Part shown: one piece after another, positions 1 to 15,155 of the stretch
Layout: the number at the start of each line of letters is the position of its first letter
How positions within the stretch are numbered: the stretch's first letter is position 1
Position numbers and translations under genes: made by a program
The notes under the pieces: generated by a model
Databases searched by the model: none
What the model was told of the DNA's origin: nothing
What the model saw: the letters and a program-made list of their open reading frames with translations, nothing else
From: the human T2T-CHM13v2.0 reference genome, Homo sapiens
Assembly: GCF_009914755.1 (NCBI RefSeq)
Contig: NC_060928.1
Length of the DNA: 64,000 nucleotides
Reading direction: 5' to 3' (one strand)

Positions 1-213
1 TTAAGTATATTTACATGCAATGGTTTAGATGAGATTGCTTATAGAGTAAGCATAAATATAAGAGAAAAGAGTTAAGGACTGTGCCCTGGTGTACTCTAAC
101 ATTTAGAGCTAAGAAAATTAAGAAGAATTGGATGAAGGTTAGTGAAATGGGTGGGGAAGGAAGCAGAAGAGAGTGGTATCCAGCAGCTAAAAGATTCTGA
201 TGATTCAAGGAGA

Positions 214-715
214 GTACAATGGAATACTATTCATCTATAGAAAAGAATGAAATATTGCCATTCATGGCCACATGGATGGAACTGGAGGATATTATGCTCA
301 GTGAAATAAGCCAGGAACAGAGTTAAACGCTGCATGTTTTCACTCATATATGGAAGCTAAACAAAATTGATTTCATAGAAGTAAAAAGTAAAATGGAAAC
401 TGGAAAGATTAGGGGGGATAGGGAGATGGGGAGAGAGTTGCTAAAGGATACTAAATTACAGCTAGATAGAAGGAATAAGTTCTAGGGTTTTATAACCCTG
501 CAGGATGACTATAATTAATAATAATATATAGATTCAGGTAGCTAGAAGGAGAATAATGTCCCCAACACAAGGAAATGATAAATGTTTGAGGTGACAGATA
601 TGCTAATTTCTCTGATCTGATAACTATATATTAGATGTATTGAAACATCACTAGGTACTCCATGAATATGTGCAATTATTATTTGTCAATTAAAAAATAA
701 AATATTTTTAAAAAG
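214..715 (+). mobile_element. L1MA-type LINE-1 3' end fragment
   Basis: 'acaatggaatactattc...acatggatggaactggaggatattatgctcagtgaaataagccagg' (ORF2 end/3' UTR), L1MA 3' UTR 'aattacagctagatagaaggaataagttctag', A-rich end. Confidence 0.85.
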
Positions 716-805
716 AAGAAGCACACAATTAACTATGTCAAATGCTGCTGATAATTAAGATGAGAACCATGAAATTACTGCTGGGCCCAGTGATGTGGAG
801 GTATT

Positions 806-1992
806 GTATTTTAAAATAAACAAATAATAATTATATATATTTATGGGGTACAATGTAATATTTTGGTGCAGGTCTACATTTTGGAATGATTAAATCAAGC
901 TAATTAACATATCCATCCCCTCACATCATTTTTTTGTGGTGAGATTAAAGTCTATTCTTTTAGAAATTTGAAAATATACAACACATTATTATTAACTATG
1001 GTCATTAAGCTATGAATAGAGTACTAAAGTTTATTGCTCTTCTCTGCTAAACTTTGTAACCTTTTGGCCAACTTTTCCCTTTTCCCCATGCCAACCCCCA
1101 GGCTTCCAGCCTCTGGTAATCACCACTCTACTCTCTACTTCTGTGAGTTCAACTTTTTAGATTCCACATATAAGTGAGATTATGCAATATTTATCTTTCT
1201 GTGCCTGACTTATTTCACTTAGCATCATTACCTCCAGGTGCATCTATAATGTTACAAATGACAGAATTTCCTTTTTAAGTCCCTATAGCATTCCACTCTA
1301 TGTAGATACATTTTCTTTTCTTTTTCCTTTTCTTTTCTTCCTTTTTCTGTGAGACAGAGTCTGGCTCTGTCGCCCAGGCTGGAGGGCAGTGGCGCAATCT
1401 CAGCTCAGTGCAATCTCCACCTCCCAGGTTTAAATGATTCTCATACCTGAGCCAACCAAGTGGTAGCTGGGATTACAGGTGTGTGCCACTATGCCCAGCT
1501 AATTTTTGATGGGGTCTTGCTATGTTGGCCAGGCTGGTCTTGAACTTCTACTCTCAAGTGACCCGCCTACATCCATATTTTCTTTATCCATCCATCTATT
1601 GATGAGCACTTAGATTGATCCATGTCTTGCCCATTGTGAATAATGCCTTAGTGAACATGGGAGCAACTTTTTCTTTGGCGTAGTAATTTTAATTACTATG
1701 GATATACATTCACAAGTGGGATTATTAGATCATACGGTAGTTCTATGTTTAGTTTTTACATGAATCTCCATACTGTTTTCCATAATGACTGCATTAATTT
1801 ACATTCTCACCATGAATGTACCAGGGTTCCCTTTTCTTCACATCCTCACCAACGTTTGTTCTCTTTCTCCAAAGAAGACATAGAAATGTCCAGATATATG
1901 AAAAACACTCAATATCACTACTCATCAGGGAAATTCAAATTAAAAGCACAATAAGATATCCCTCACACCTGTTAAAGTGAACTATCAAAAAG
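806..1992 (-). mobile_element. L1MA-type 3' fragment with 5' inverted segment (1863-1992 on + strand), containing an Alu
   Basis: Minus-strand L1 3' UTR ('ttttagattccacatataagtgagattatgcaatattt', 'cacatcctcaccaac'), then plus-strand L1 ORF2 sequence 'ttctccaaagaagacata...cacacctgttaaag...actatcaaaa'; candidate TSD gtggaggt(a/c)tt at 795 and 1992. Confidence 0.8.
1315..1570 (-). mobile_element. Alu (AluS/J-type, 5'-truncated, linker deletion) inside L1MA
   Basis: 'gagacagagtctggctctgtcgcccaggctggag...gctgggattacaggtgtgtgcc'; CT-rich tail. Confidence 0.9.
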
Positions 1993-4362
1993 TGGAGGTC
2001 TTTTATGACCTACACTTGAGGGATAACAGATGAATGGTGTGTATAATGAACTGACTGAGATTCAAAGAATTTGTGAAAATGGAAATTTAGAGGAACATAC
2101 ATAACTTTCAACTTATTTGTGAAGTGAACTTATATCAAAGGAAATTCGGGGGTCAAGAATAATGGTTTTAAGATGAGAAATATGGCTTATCTAAACGCTG
2201 CTGTCAATGTTCTAGTAAGAAGGGGGAAATTGATCATGCAAGAGAGAAAGAGACAACTGCAAGAGTGAAGCCTTGGAAAAAATACATGTGATGGAACCAA
2301 GTGGCCTGTGCAGCATAGGTAGTTTATCTAAGGTGACAGAAGAGCAGGCAGCAAAGAGCTATGGATTAAAGTAAGTGGTAGGCATATTGGTAAAAGAATG
2401 GAAATTATTTTCCCATTCACTTGTATTTTCACAGTGATTGAAAAACAATATCATTCGCTGAGGATGTGAAAAGCAGAGGTAGGATTACCCAGTGAGGTGG
2501 GAGAGAAATGAAAGAGCATTGCATGGTAACACTGAGGACACATCTGAGGGTTTTTGTCTTGAATTTTGTATGACAACAGTAAACATGGTTCTCTGTTTTT
2601 CTCATTTAGAGTCTAGAATGCAGTCATATGTAAGTGAAGAACTGAGTGAGTTCAATGAATGAAAAGAGGAAGAAGAGAGTTAAGGATGGATGAAAGAAAC
2701 CTAAGCTAGGTAAGGAAGACCATGAGGAATGACAATCCAAAGGTGGTAAACCCCACTGCAGGACAAAGTCCAAATAATTATTAGAGCTGGGTAACTAGGA
2801 GAACCAGAGATAGGAAATTAAGAGCTTATAAACAGGGAATGGGATGCTTGAAATTGAGATTTTGGAAATGATACAATTATTGGTACTGATAAAATCTAGG
2901 TTATGATCTTGAAGTGGGTGGCTGAGGTGAAAAAAGAGGGACTTTTCAGCAGTTTGGAAATTTGGGAACTGGCATATTATTGGATGCACCATCTACAAAT
3001 ATAGTGAAATCATAAGAATGATGACAAGGATGTCAGCAACTTAACATACAAATTATCATCCTCCCCCTCCTTAGGCCTAGGCTCACAAACTGGCTTGCTG
3101 TCTCTCTTCACACCTAACCACTTCACCCAATCCCCTCTATATCCACACCTCCACAGCTTCTTCCTGGAGTTGGACACCTGTTGCTGGAATATGCCTCACA
3201 CTTACAAAACTGGAGGCTTAATATTCACGAAGAAGAAAGTTATCATCAAGGGTCAACTTTAGATGAAGTTCCTGATGGAGCTGCAAGGCCATGCACAAAT
3301 AAATTACCCATTTTCTTTTGTGCAACTCATGAGACTGTTCTTTTAGGACCAAGGAATTTATTTCCCTACTCAGAAAAGGAAAAGTATAGCAAACCAATTA
3401 AATGGACAGGTTTTAATGAAGGCTTCAGGCAGAAAGATAACAATCCAAAGTTAAAAATTTCAAATCCATAGACATCAACTAAACAATCAAGCACATCATC
3501 TGATATTGAAGTTGAAGTGAAAGGAACTAATGATTAAAAGGAAGATATTGACCATGAAGAAAAAGGCAGCAAAAAGGATATGACTAAAGTAATTGACAGA
3601 ACCACTCTGAGAGCTTCCAGAATAGAAAGACAGAAAACAAGTAGAAAATGAGGATGCAGGAGTTGTGAAAACATCTCTTAATCTAAAAATGAATCAAAAA
3701 CAGGCAAAACTGCAACTACATAAGTCAAGGCTCCAAAATCAAAGGCAAACCTGAAATAGTGAATGGTCTGTCCTTCAGAGAGCAGCATGGCAAGTGAGGA
3801 AGATAAAAATAAGAAAAAAAAGGTCAAGAGAAAAGCACCTTAAGGGATAAAGAGGGCAGAAGGAAGAAGAAAAGCCAAGAAAAAGCTCAAATAAAGGAAG
3901 AAAGAAGTTGAATAATAAGTGACAAAATTACCTCAGCAAGAATTATCTCAACATCTGATTCTGAAGGAGAAAGAGACGATCAAGAAGGTGAAAAAATTAG
4001 AAAAAGAGAAAAGATGAAAAAATATTCGGGCTATTCACAGATGTAATATTCTGATAGGCCAACATAAGAAAGAAGCAGCATCTATAAAACATATGCAATA
4101 GGAACAAATGGAAACTGTGCAGCAAAATAAAGACAAAGGAAGAAGCCAGAAGAACAAGAAGTATCAATGGAGTCTCAGCTTCCAAGGATACATGACTACA
4201 TGAAAAACTCACTCAAGATTGGCAGTCTTGATGGGAACAGATATATCGAAGCAACAATACAGGCAACAAGTTCAAAATCACAGAGAGATTATGAGAACAC
4301 AAAAGAAATATAACAAGTCAAAGTTAGTCAGGTACTTATGAAAAAGTCTACAATATTTGAGA

Positions 4363-7053
<2,691 letters not shown>

Positions 7054-8501
7054 TAGAAATTTTAAGAATGTATTGGTTGGTGAAGGATTTCCTGTGATTA
7101 CACAAGTGCTGAATAAATCCTTCACTAAACATAGTCAGCATGAGGAAGCCAATAAAAACAAAGATTGGGGTGAGAAAAGTACAAACAAAAAGGAAGAGGA
7201 AGGAATAGGTTGAAGGGCTTTAAACAGAGGATCTGATGCCAAGATAACAGTCAGCCACAGCATAGCATAATGGAGACAGCAACGAAACAAGCAAAGACAA
7301 GCATGAGGTCAGCCCCACAGAAAGGCCCACTGGTGAGAGAGACCGGAAAATCTTGGAAGGAGTTTGCACTGGATAATTAAGAAAATGGACTTGGAATATA
7401 AAGAATATCTGGGAAGTTTTCAATGGTTTTCATTGGAAATATTTAAACTGTCCGAAGTTTTAAATTTTATAAGTGTAGGTTTTGATATCTAAAATTTACT
7501 TTGAGGAAAAAAAACTCATCTTTGTTTAAAGGCAATCAAATGTTATTGTTAATGGTACTTGTTAAGTATTAGCAGTTATGTAAAACACTAAATGTGGAAA
7601 AAATCCATCTAGAAAATGCTTTTCTAGACAGTATGGTTGTAGCTTATTTTCAGTGGATGTGTGTATGTTAATGTGTAGTGGATAATAGAAAAAAAGTTAA
7701 TTTTTAAAACACTGCTACTTATATAAACTCTTCCTCTTTTCCAAATACAATACATATTGTGCATAGTTTGTACAAGTCTTGGAATTACCAGAATGTCTCT
7801 TCACTGTCAGTTTTGTGGAAGTTGAGCATTTTTATGATAAATAAATATTACTTTAATAAAAATATTTAAAATAATGTATAAGACAAAACTAAGAAATTTA
7901 GTTATCTTACGTGGTTTCTTTTCCCATGTACCATAAAAATATATTTCTTACTTCTCATTATGCAAGTCAATACACGCAAGACACTATCGAAATGTTCAAA
8001 CATTCTGATAACAGTTCATGAAAATGTCTATGAAGTGTGGGATGACCCACTCACTAATTTAAGGCTATGAAATAAGTCACAGTTAAATAAAACAATGAAA
8101 TATTTTAAATTTCTTCAATATAGCAATATATGACAAAATAACCTGAATATGTTATCCTTTTACATTTTTTCTTTGGGTTTGACAAAGAACCCAATTCTTT
8201 ACTTTTAAAAACCTTGAATGATTAGTATTCTGGTCATTTGTTTTTTAAAAGCCTCATGGGCTGAGTGTATCCACTTAATTTTCTGTGTCAGACCAAATAA
8301 TTGCTTTTTTGTTTCCTATTTTCTTTCCTATATAAAAAGAATAAAGGCCTGACTGCTTACAACACAATACATGTAGGTGGTTATAATGATTAATTATAAA
8401 ATGAAATACTCAAGATAGGTAGTTGGTGCTGTGCATACCAGGGGTATAATAGATATTCCCCAGCCCCTGTGTAACAGGGCTCTGGCCAGGCAAAGTGATG
8501 T

Positions 8502-9197
8502 TGTTAGCAGTGGCCAATTCATATATGTCTGGGTCTGTGGCAACCTCAATTCTCACCTTCTCAGAAGAAAGAAATTGACTGAGGGGCATAAGGCAGAAGG
8601 AGAGACCAAGGCAAATTTTAGAGCAGGTGTGAACATTTATTAAAAAGCTTTAGAGTAGGAATGAAAGGAAGTCAAGTACATTTGGAAGAGTGTCAAGTGG
8701 GAGACTTGAGAGATCAAGAGCACTGTTTGACCTTTAACTTGGGGTTTTATATGTAGGCATGCTTCTGGGGTCTTGTGTTCCTTCTGATTCTTCCCTTGGG
8801 CTGCGCTGTCCTGTTCGTGTGCGCAGTGGCCTGCTAACACTTGGGAGGGGCCACAAGCGCAGTGTGTTTATTGGAGGTATACACACGCTCACTTGACACG
8901 TTCTTCCCTTACCAGTCAAATGCTCCATTTTGCTTCTTAGTGCGAGTGCTTGAGCCGCTCACCCAACTCCTGAGATCTTATCAAGAAACTGCTGATCACC
9001 AGTTTCAGGATTTTTCTATCTGTTGGGAGACTGCCTTTCCCTGGTCCAGCTGTGACTAATTACTATTTTAGAGAGATCATTAACAACTGCCTGACCATCA
9101 CCTGAAGGTCACCTGACATTGCTGGTGTGTGTGTGTGTCGGGATGGGGGGAGCCTTTTTCTGCCCTGCTCATGTCTGACCAACTACCTACCTTAACA
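8502..9197 (-). mobile_element. Solo ERV1 LTR, MER50-like
   Basis: TG...CA termini ('tgttagc'...'cttaaca') with perfect 4-bp TSD ATGT; the reverse complement starts 'tgttaaggtaggtagttggtcagacatgagcagggcag'; homologous to 41622-42339. Confidence 0.85.
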
Positions 9198-9199
9198 AT

Positions 9200-9400
9200 G
9201 TATGCTATATCTAGGTTGACTCCCAAACTAGCAAGTCCTCCAGATTCTCAGTCTTCCTTTGCTGATTAACTAAATGCAGAAAATCTCACTGTGACACATT
9301 GAACTGTGAAATGAGGGAGAAATGATACTTTGTCATTTTAATCCACTTATATTTTTGAGTCATTGGTTACAATAGCCAGCATTACTCATCTTGACCCAGC
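9200..9400 (+). mobile_element. MLT1 (MaLR) LTR remnant, probable host of the MER50-like insertion
   Basis: 'gaactgtgaaatgag...ttttaatccact...ttggttacaatagc' resembles an MLT1 3' end. Confidence 0.4.
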
Positions 9401-9404
9401 TATA

Positions 9405-9560
9405 TCTGAATCTAAATCCTGGTTACACCTTTCTGTCATTAGTCAAGAAATTTAACTTTTCGAGACTTAGATTTCTCATCTATAATACTTGGATAATAAT
9501 ACTTGTTTGAGATTATGATGAATAAATGAGATGTTTTCTACAATGCCTGTCAAAGAATAG
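9405..9560 (+). mobile_element. MIR SINE fragment
   Basis: 'tgaatctaaatcctgg...atttaactttt...tttctcatctataa...ggataataatact' MIR core. Confidence 0.6.
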
Positions 9561-9646
9561 AATTGTCATTTGGCACTTATTATTTCTAAATCTGGTTTCT
9601 AATTTAATCCTCTAAGTATTACCATTTTTCTTAAAACCATGACTAA

Positions 9647-10130
<484 letters not shown>

Positions 10131-10479
10131 AAGTATTTCTTTCCAATCTTTAGTCTCCAATTCATTGATGTGAAGTTGCATGACCTTCAAGGCAATGTGA
10201 TGTTGCAAAATTATTTATCAAATGTATTACTAAAATTACCTTCTCAAAAATTTTGCCCTCTTGAAAATATTTTACAGTGGCATTATCTATGCCACCTGAC
10301 TCGTCAGCAACATTAAAAACTTTACCTACTAATACATTGTTAACACACAGGACTATGACAAAAGTCTCATCAGATACATTGTTTTTTTCCCGCTCTTCAA
10401 CTTTAGCTGTTGGAAGAGGGATTTCAGGTACCCAGCCCATCCTCTCACTTAACAAAGCAGTCTTCTGGATGTCTCTGTC

Positions 10480-10898
10480 AAAACTTAAAGTATAATAAAA
10501 ATAATAAAAAAAAAAAAAGAAAATGTGGCACATATACACCATGGAATACTATGCAGCCATAAAAAATGATGAGTTCATGTCCTCTGTAGGGACATAGATG
10601 AAATTGGAAATCATCATTCTCAGTAAACTATTGCAAGGACAGAAAACCAAACACCGCATGTTCTCACTCATAGATGGGAATTGAACAATGAGAACACATG
10701 GACACAGGAAGGGGAACATCACATTCTGGGTACTGTTGTGGGGTGGGGGGAGGGGGGAGGGATAGCATTAGGAGATATACCTAATGCTAAATGACAAGTT
10801 AATGGGTGCAGCCCACCAGCATGGCACATGTATACATATGTAACTAACCTGCACATTGTGCACATGTACCCTAAAACTTAAAGTATAATTTAAAAAAA
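10480..10898 (+). mobile_element. Young primate L1PA (L1PA2/3-like) 3' end, preceded by a copy of its own terminus and poly(A)
   Basis: 'gaaaatgtggcacatatacaccatggaatactatgcagcc...gggtggggggaggggggagggatagcattaggagatatacctaatgctaaatga...taactaacctgcacattgtgcacatgtaccctaaaacttaaagtataat'. Confidence 0.93.
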
Positions 10899-11994
10899 TC
10901 CTCATAAACATTAAATTAAGAATGAAATGCAAAAAAAAAAAAAATAGGTCACATAGCCTCTTGTTAAGTCCTGCTGGTGAGGGTAAGGCTCACAAGATCA
11001 CCTATTCTGCTTTTTTAAAGTTTTATCTGCCTAGGGAAAAAAATCTAAATATTTCAACATCTGCCTTCCTGAAAAATCCATCATTGGCCTTTGTTGTGAT
11101 CTCTGGAGCAAATAAAGCAGGTCTATTCTCTATTACTCTCATGAATTTTTAAAGTGCTGCTGAAGGTGGAATTTGTTATTGGAATTCATATACATTTAAT
11201 ATAACCCGAGGCAGGAACCTAGCAGGAAGTAGCTGGAGCTAGTAATTGAAAAGTTGCAAGGACACCAAACAGCTTCTTTCTGTACACGATCTTCATTCTT
11301 TTCTATTTTCTATTTTCTAATTCTCTCCTCAGGCTACTTAGCAGCAAAGAAAGGCTTCATGTTCTGAGACAGAATACGATTGTCGCCTCTTAGGTGTCCA
11401 TCTCTTGTCTAGTTAGCTGTGCTTAACTGGACTACAAGGTGGTGGAGTTATACTTTCATAGGTGGGAAAGTATTAAAGCAGGACTCTTTTTGATCTTTGC
11501 AAATACCCATGAAAGAGAAGTACAGTGCTTTAATGATATTAAGTCATTAAATTTAGCCCTCCCACTTTCCTAACATTCTCAGCCTTATCTTCTCTAGGTA
11601 TTTCACATAATCTTGAAAATGCACAGGTTCAAAACATGTCACCAACTGAGTACCTACTTCTAGAAACTCAACAGTTGGTCAATGTTTCTGAAATGATGTT
11701 CTGTCATGACAAGGGAGGAAATGCCTCCCATCTCAATTTAATACCAATATTAATAGATGTAAATATAATTATAGATCTTATCTCAAATTTATTTTATCAT
11801 AATATCATATGTTGAAAGTACCATTTTAAGGGACAATCTATTACTACTCTACTCACTTGTAGTCACTATACATTGTTCTCATCTATCATTTATCTTTCTC
11901 TTAGTTTTGGACATCTAAGTTGTTTCTAGGTTTTTTACATTTAAATCTATGCCACAATGGATATCTTTGCACATAAATGCCTCTTGGGTGGTAG

Positions 11995-12326
<332 letters not shown>

Positions 12327-13469
12327 TGGGTGGTATTTCTTTAGCAGAGATGTAATATAATGTAATCTGATTTAATGTGCATAGTAAAATAAAAGAAAAA
12401 AGAAAACTAGCAACCATAAGAGAATTTATGGAATGTAAGACATAAAAATATTTTTTAAGTAAAATTAATTTGAATATTTGCCAAAAGATGAAAAAAGAAG
12501 ACAAAATAAAAAGAACTAGTGCAGCAAAGAGCCCCAAGTCCATTTAAAAACAGATTATAAAGTTCGCTGGGAATTATCTTTAAATTTAGAAATGTAAATG
12601 ATACAGATGATTAGGAGTTAATCACAATAATTATGTTAATAATAGTATTATAATTAGCAAAAAGTATGAGAAAACAACTAAAGAGATATAAGCATATTAA
12701 ATCACACATCTCTCATAATGGACCCAATAAATTATCTAAAACTTAAATGTGATGTTATAATTTGCATATTTTATATCTTAGAAGATATTTTGCAAATTAA
12801 TGTGTCTTGAGGATATAAGTATTGAAAACAATTTTAGTAATACCTCAGGCAGTTGCTTTTATTATTTGGAATTCAAGGACATTTACGCTTAATATATTTT
12901 AAACGAAAAATAGGATTAACAATGTAATTCTGCGTTCAACTTTAATTTTATATCCATTTGTATGCATGTATTTCCCATTCTTCTATTGGAATATGTGTAG
13001 ACAGATTCATAAAATGATGTGCATTTAACGCTAATAATAGTTATTGCTGGTGTGGATTTTGAGAGTGAGAGTTATGTTTTTGTAATTTTTTTTTACTTTC
13101 TTCTTTCTACATTTGTATTGCCTTGATTTTTTTATGAACATGCAACATTTGGAAAGCTTTAGTCATTATTCTAAATGTTATTATTTAAATTCAATATACA
13201 AATTACTGACCTTTGTATCATAAAAACCAAAAGTAAAATATAAAACAGAAAACAGTGAATAATTTAGATGTATGTTATTTTGCATTAAGAAGGTTATTTA
13301 AAGATACACAGAATCATATCACTTGAGCTGTTAAAATAAGAAAAGTAGAATCTACTATATGTATGGATTTCATTATGTATACTTTATATGCATATTTTTA
13401 TATTTATGTTTGTGTATCCATGTGGGTATAAAATATTGAGCAGCATCCTAAGAACTATAAGGCATTTAC

Positions 13470-13576
13470 TATCATCTTCTGTAGCTCATTCTCTTTTATA
13501 TCAAATAATTCATATTGGAGCAAAACTCTTTGAATATAACAAATGTGAAAAAGTTTTCAGAATGTTCATATTTTAA
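13470..13576 (+). pseudogene. Degenerate C2H2 (KRAB-ZNF-type) zinc-finger fragment
   Basis: 'YQIIHIGAKLFEYNKCEKVFR' resembles [20 protein letters not shown]; DNA 'ataattcatattggagcaaaactctttgaatataacaaatgtgaaaaagttttcag'. Confidence 0.55.
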
Positions 13577-13944
13577 ACCATTTTATATAATACCAGCTTC
13601 AGTGAAGCATTGTAACAAACATAAAAAGAATGTCAGCAAATACAAGTAACTTAAGTTTCTAAAACCAACTCTATAAATAAAAAATAAAAATAGAATAGCA
13701 TTCCTTGCACCATCTCCAAAAAATTCCTACCACGGAGCCAATAGACTGTCTATGCTGCACAAAAGTCCTGCAGGTTTGGGAAAGCCTCCACAATCAATAC
13801 TTTCTTTAGTGTTAGAAGAATAAGACTGAGAGAGAGCCTTGAATACACCAAATGGCAAATGCATATATTTTAGTTCAACCTTAATCCATAACCGTCACTG
13901 ACTCGTTCATCCAAATTAGGTCCTGCACAGTTTCTTCCTTTTCT

Positions 13945-14130
13945 TTAAATATATTTAAATTTTTTATATATTTTTATATATAATATAATATATTTATAAA
14001 TTTTTTATATATTTTTATATATAATTTATATTTATAAATTTTTTATATATTTATATATAATATATATTTATATTTATATATTTATATTATATAAATATAT
14101 ATTATGTATATATTATTTATATATATAAAT
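13945..14130. repeat. AT-rich low-complexity / (TA)n-like tract
   Basis: About 185 bp almost purely A/T with recurring tatatattt units. Confidence 0.9.
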
Positions 14131-14834
14131 GTAAGGTTGTAATTGTTTCATAAATATTTACTAAGTTAGTTTTCTCTCATATCAAAGTTTGCATGTATTA
14201 TAAATTAAGTTTCTTGAGAACTTGCCTTGATTGTCTTTAAGGCCTTTAGAGGATATATCTTATGCTTATAAAATGAACTAAGGCTTTTGGAGAGACCCCT
14301 ATAGATTCCTTTCAATCCAACGCTAACATAGCTATGGGGTTAGCTCATCTCAGTCCACACCACATACCACTCAAACATCAACCCACCCACCCAGTTCAAG
14401 AGATCTTAAGAGTGTCTGAAGCCAATGAAAGGGATTATCACCCTTATTCCCATGTTGGCAGTGAGGGTCTGAACACACCTGGAGTTACAGAGAGATACCC
14501 TTCCTGGTACCAAAAGTTTGTATACTAGCTATTTTTATGAAGGTTCCACATGAGATGCCCACAAGAAAGACAATTAACATAGTTCTCTGGCATTGGCAGT
14601 GTTAGACAGTCTCAGGTGCTGGGGCAGTCTGAACCTGATATAGTTCCCATGAGCTGGGGCAGTTTGAACACTGATATAGTTCCCATGAGATTGCCTTGTG
14701 CTGGTGGTGGGTGGTACTGCTCACATTGAATCTGGAATTTTCTCCATACTGATTCTGTTTATGTTAACTTAGCTCTGGCTAGCACTGTGATTATTTATGA
14801 GTCTCAACATGATCTCATCCTCCTCAAGTTCCCA

Positions 14835-15155
14835 GAGGTTGAAGAGGGTCAGAGGAAGGAGGACATGGGGAGAGATTGATCAACGGGGACTAAGTTGTAG
14901 GTAGCTAGAAGGAATCAGTTCTGGTGTTCTGTTTCACAGTAGAGTCTACTGTTTCACAGTAGAGTGACTAAGGTTAACTATATTCTATCGTGTATTTCAA
15001 AATAGCTAGAAGAGAGGGTTTTGAATGTTCTTACCACAGTGAAATGAGTCAATGGATATACTAACTACTCTGATTCAATCATTACATCATGTATACTTGT
15101 ATCCAAAGTGTACCCCATTTATAGGAAGTATCATATGTCAATTATAAACAAAATT
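14835..15155 (+). mobile_element. L1MA-type 3' UTR fragment
   Basis: 'tagaaggaatcagttctggtgttct...tatttcaaaatagctagaagagagggttttgaatgttcttaccaca'. Confidence 0.75.

Larger units (their letters stand above)
1..3040 (-). mobile_element. Ancient L2 LINE, fragmented (about 1-213, 716-805, 1993-3040), interrupted by two L1MA insertions
   Basis: Purine-rich segments resembling the L2 reverse complement (e.g. 'aaggactgtgccctggtgtactctaacatttagag', 'gtcaaatgctgctga', 'gtggaggtcttttatgacc'); the sequence resumes across the L1 insertions. Confidence 0.6.

Noticed and set aside
3181-3471. 96-aa ORF as a functional PWWP mini-protein
   Set aside because: It starts at TTG; the N-terminal PWWP motif region is lost or frameshifted relative to the PSIP1 ATG at 3191, conserved residues are changed and a premature stop follows. 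It is a pseudogene fragment.
10162-10542. 126-aa ORF as a real CDS
   Set aside because: It is chimeric: the start and N-terminus come from the antisense L1 fragment and its poly(A).
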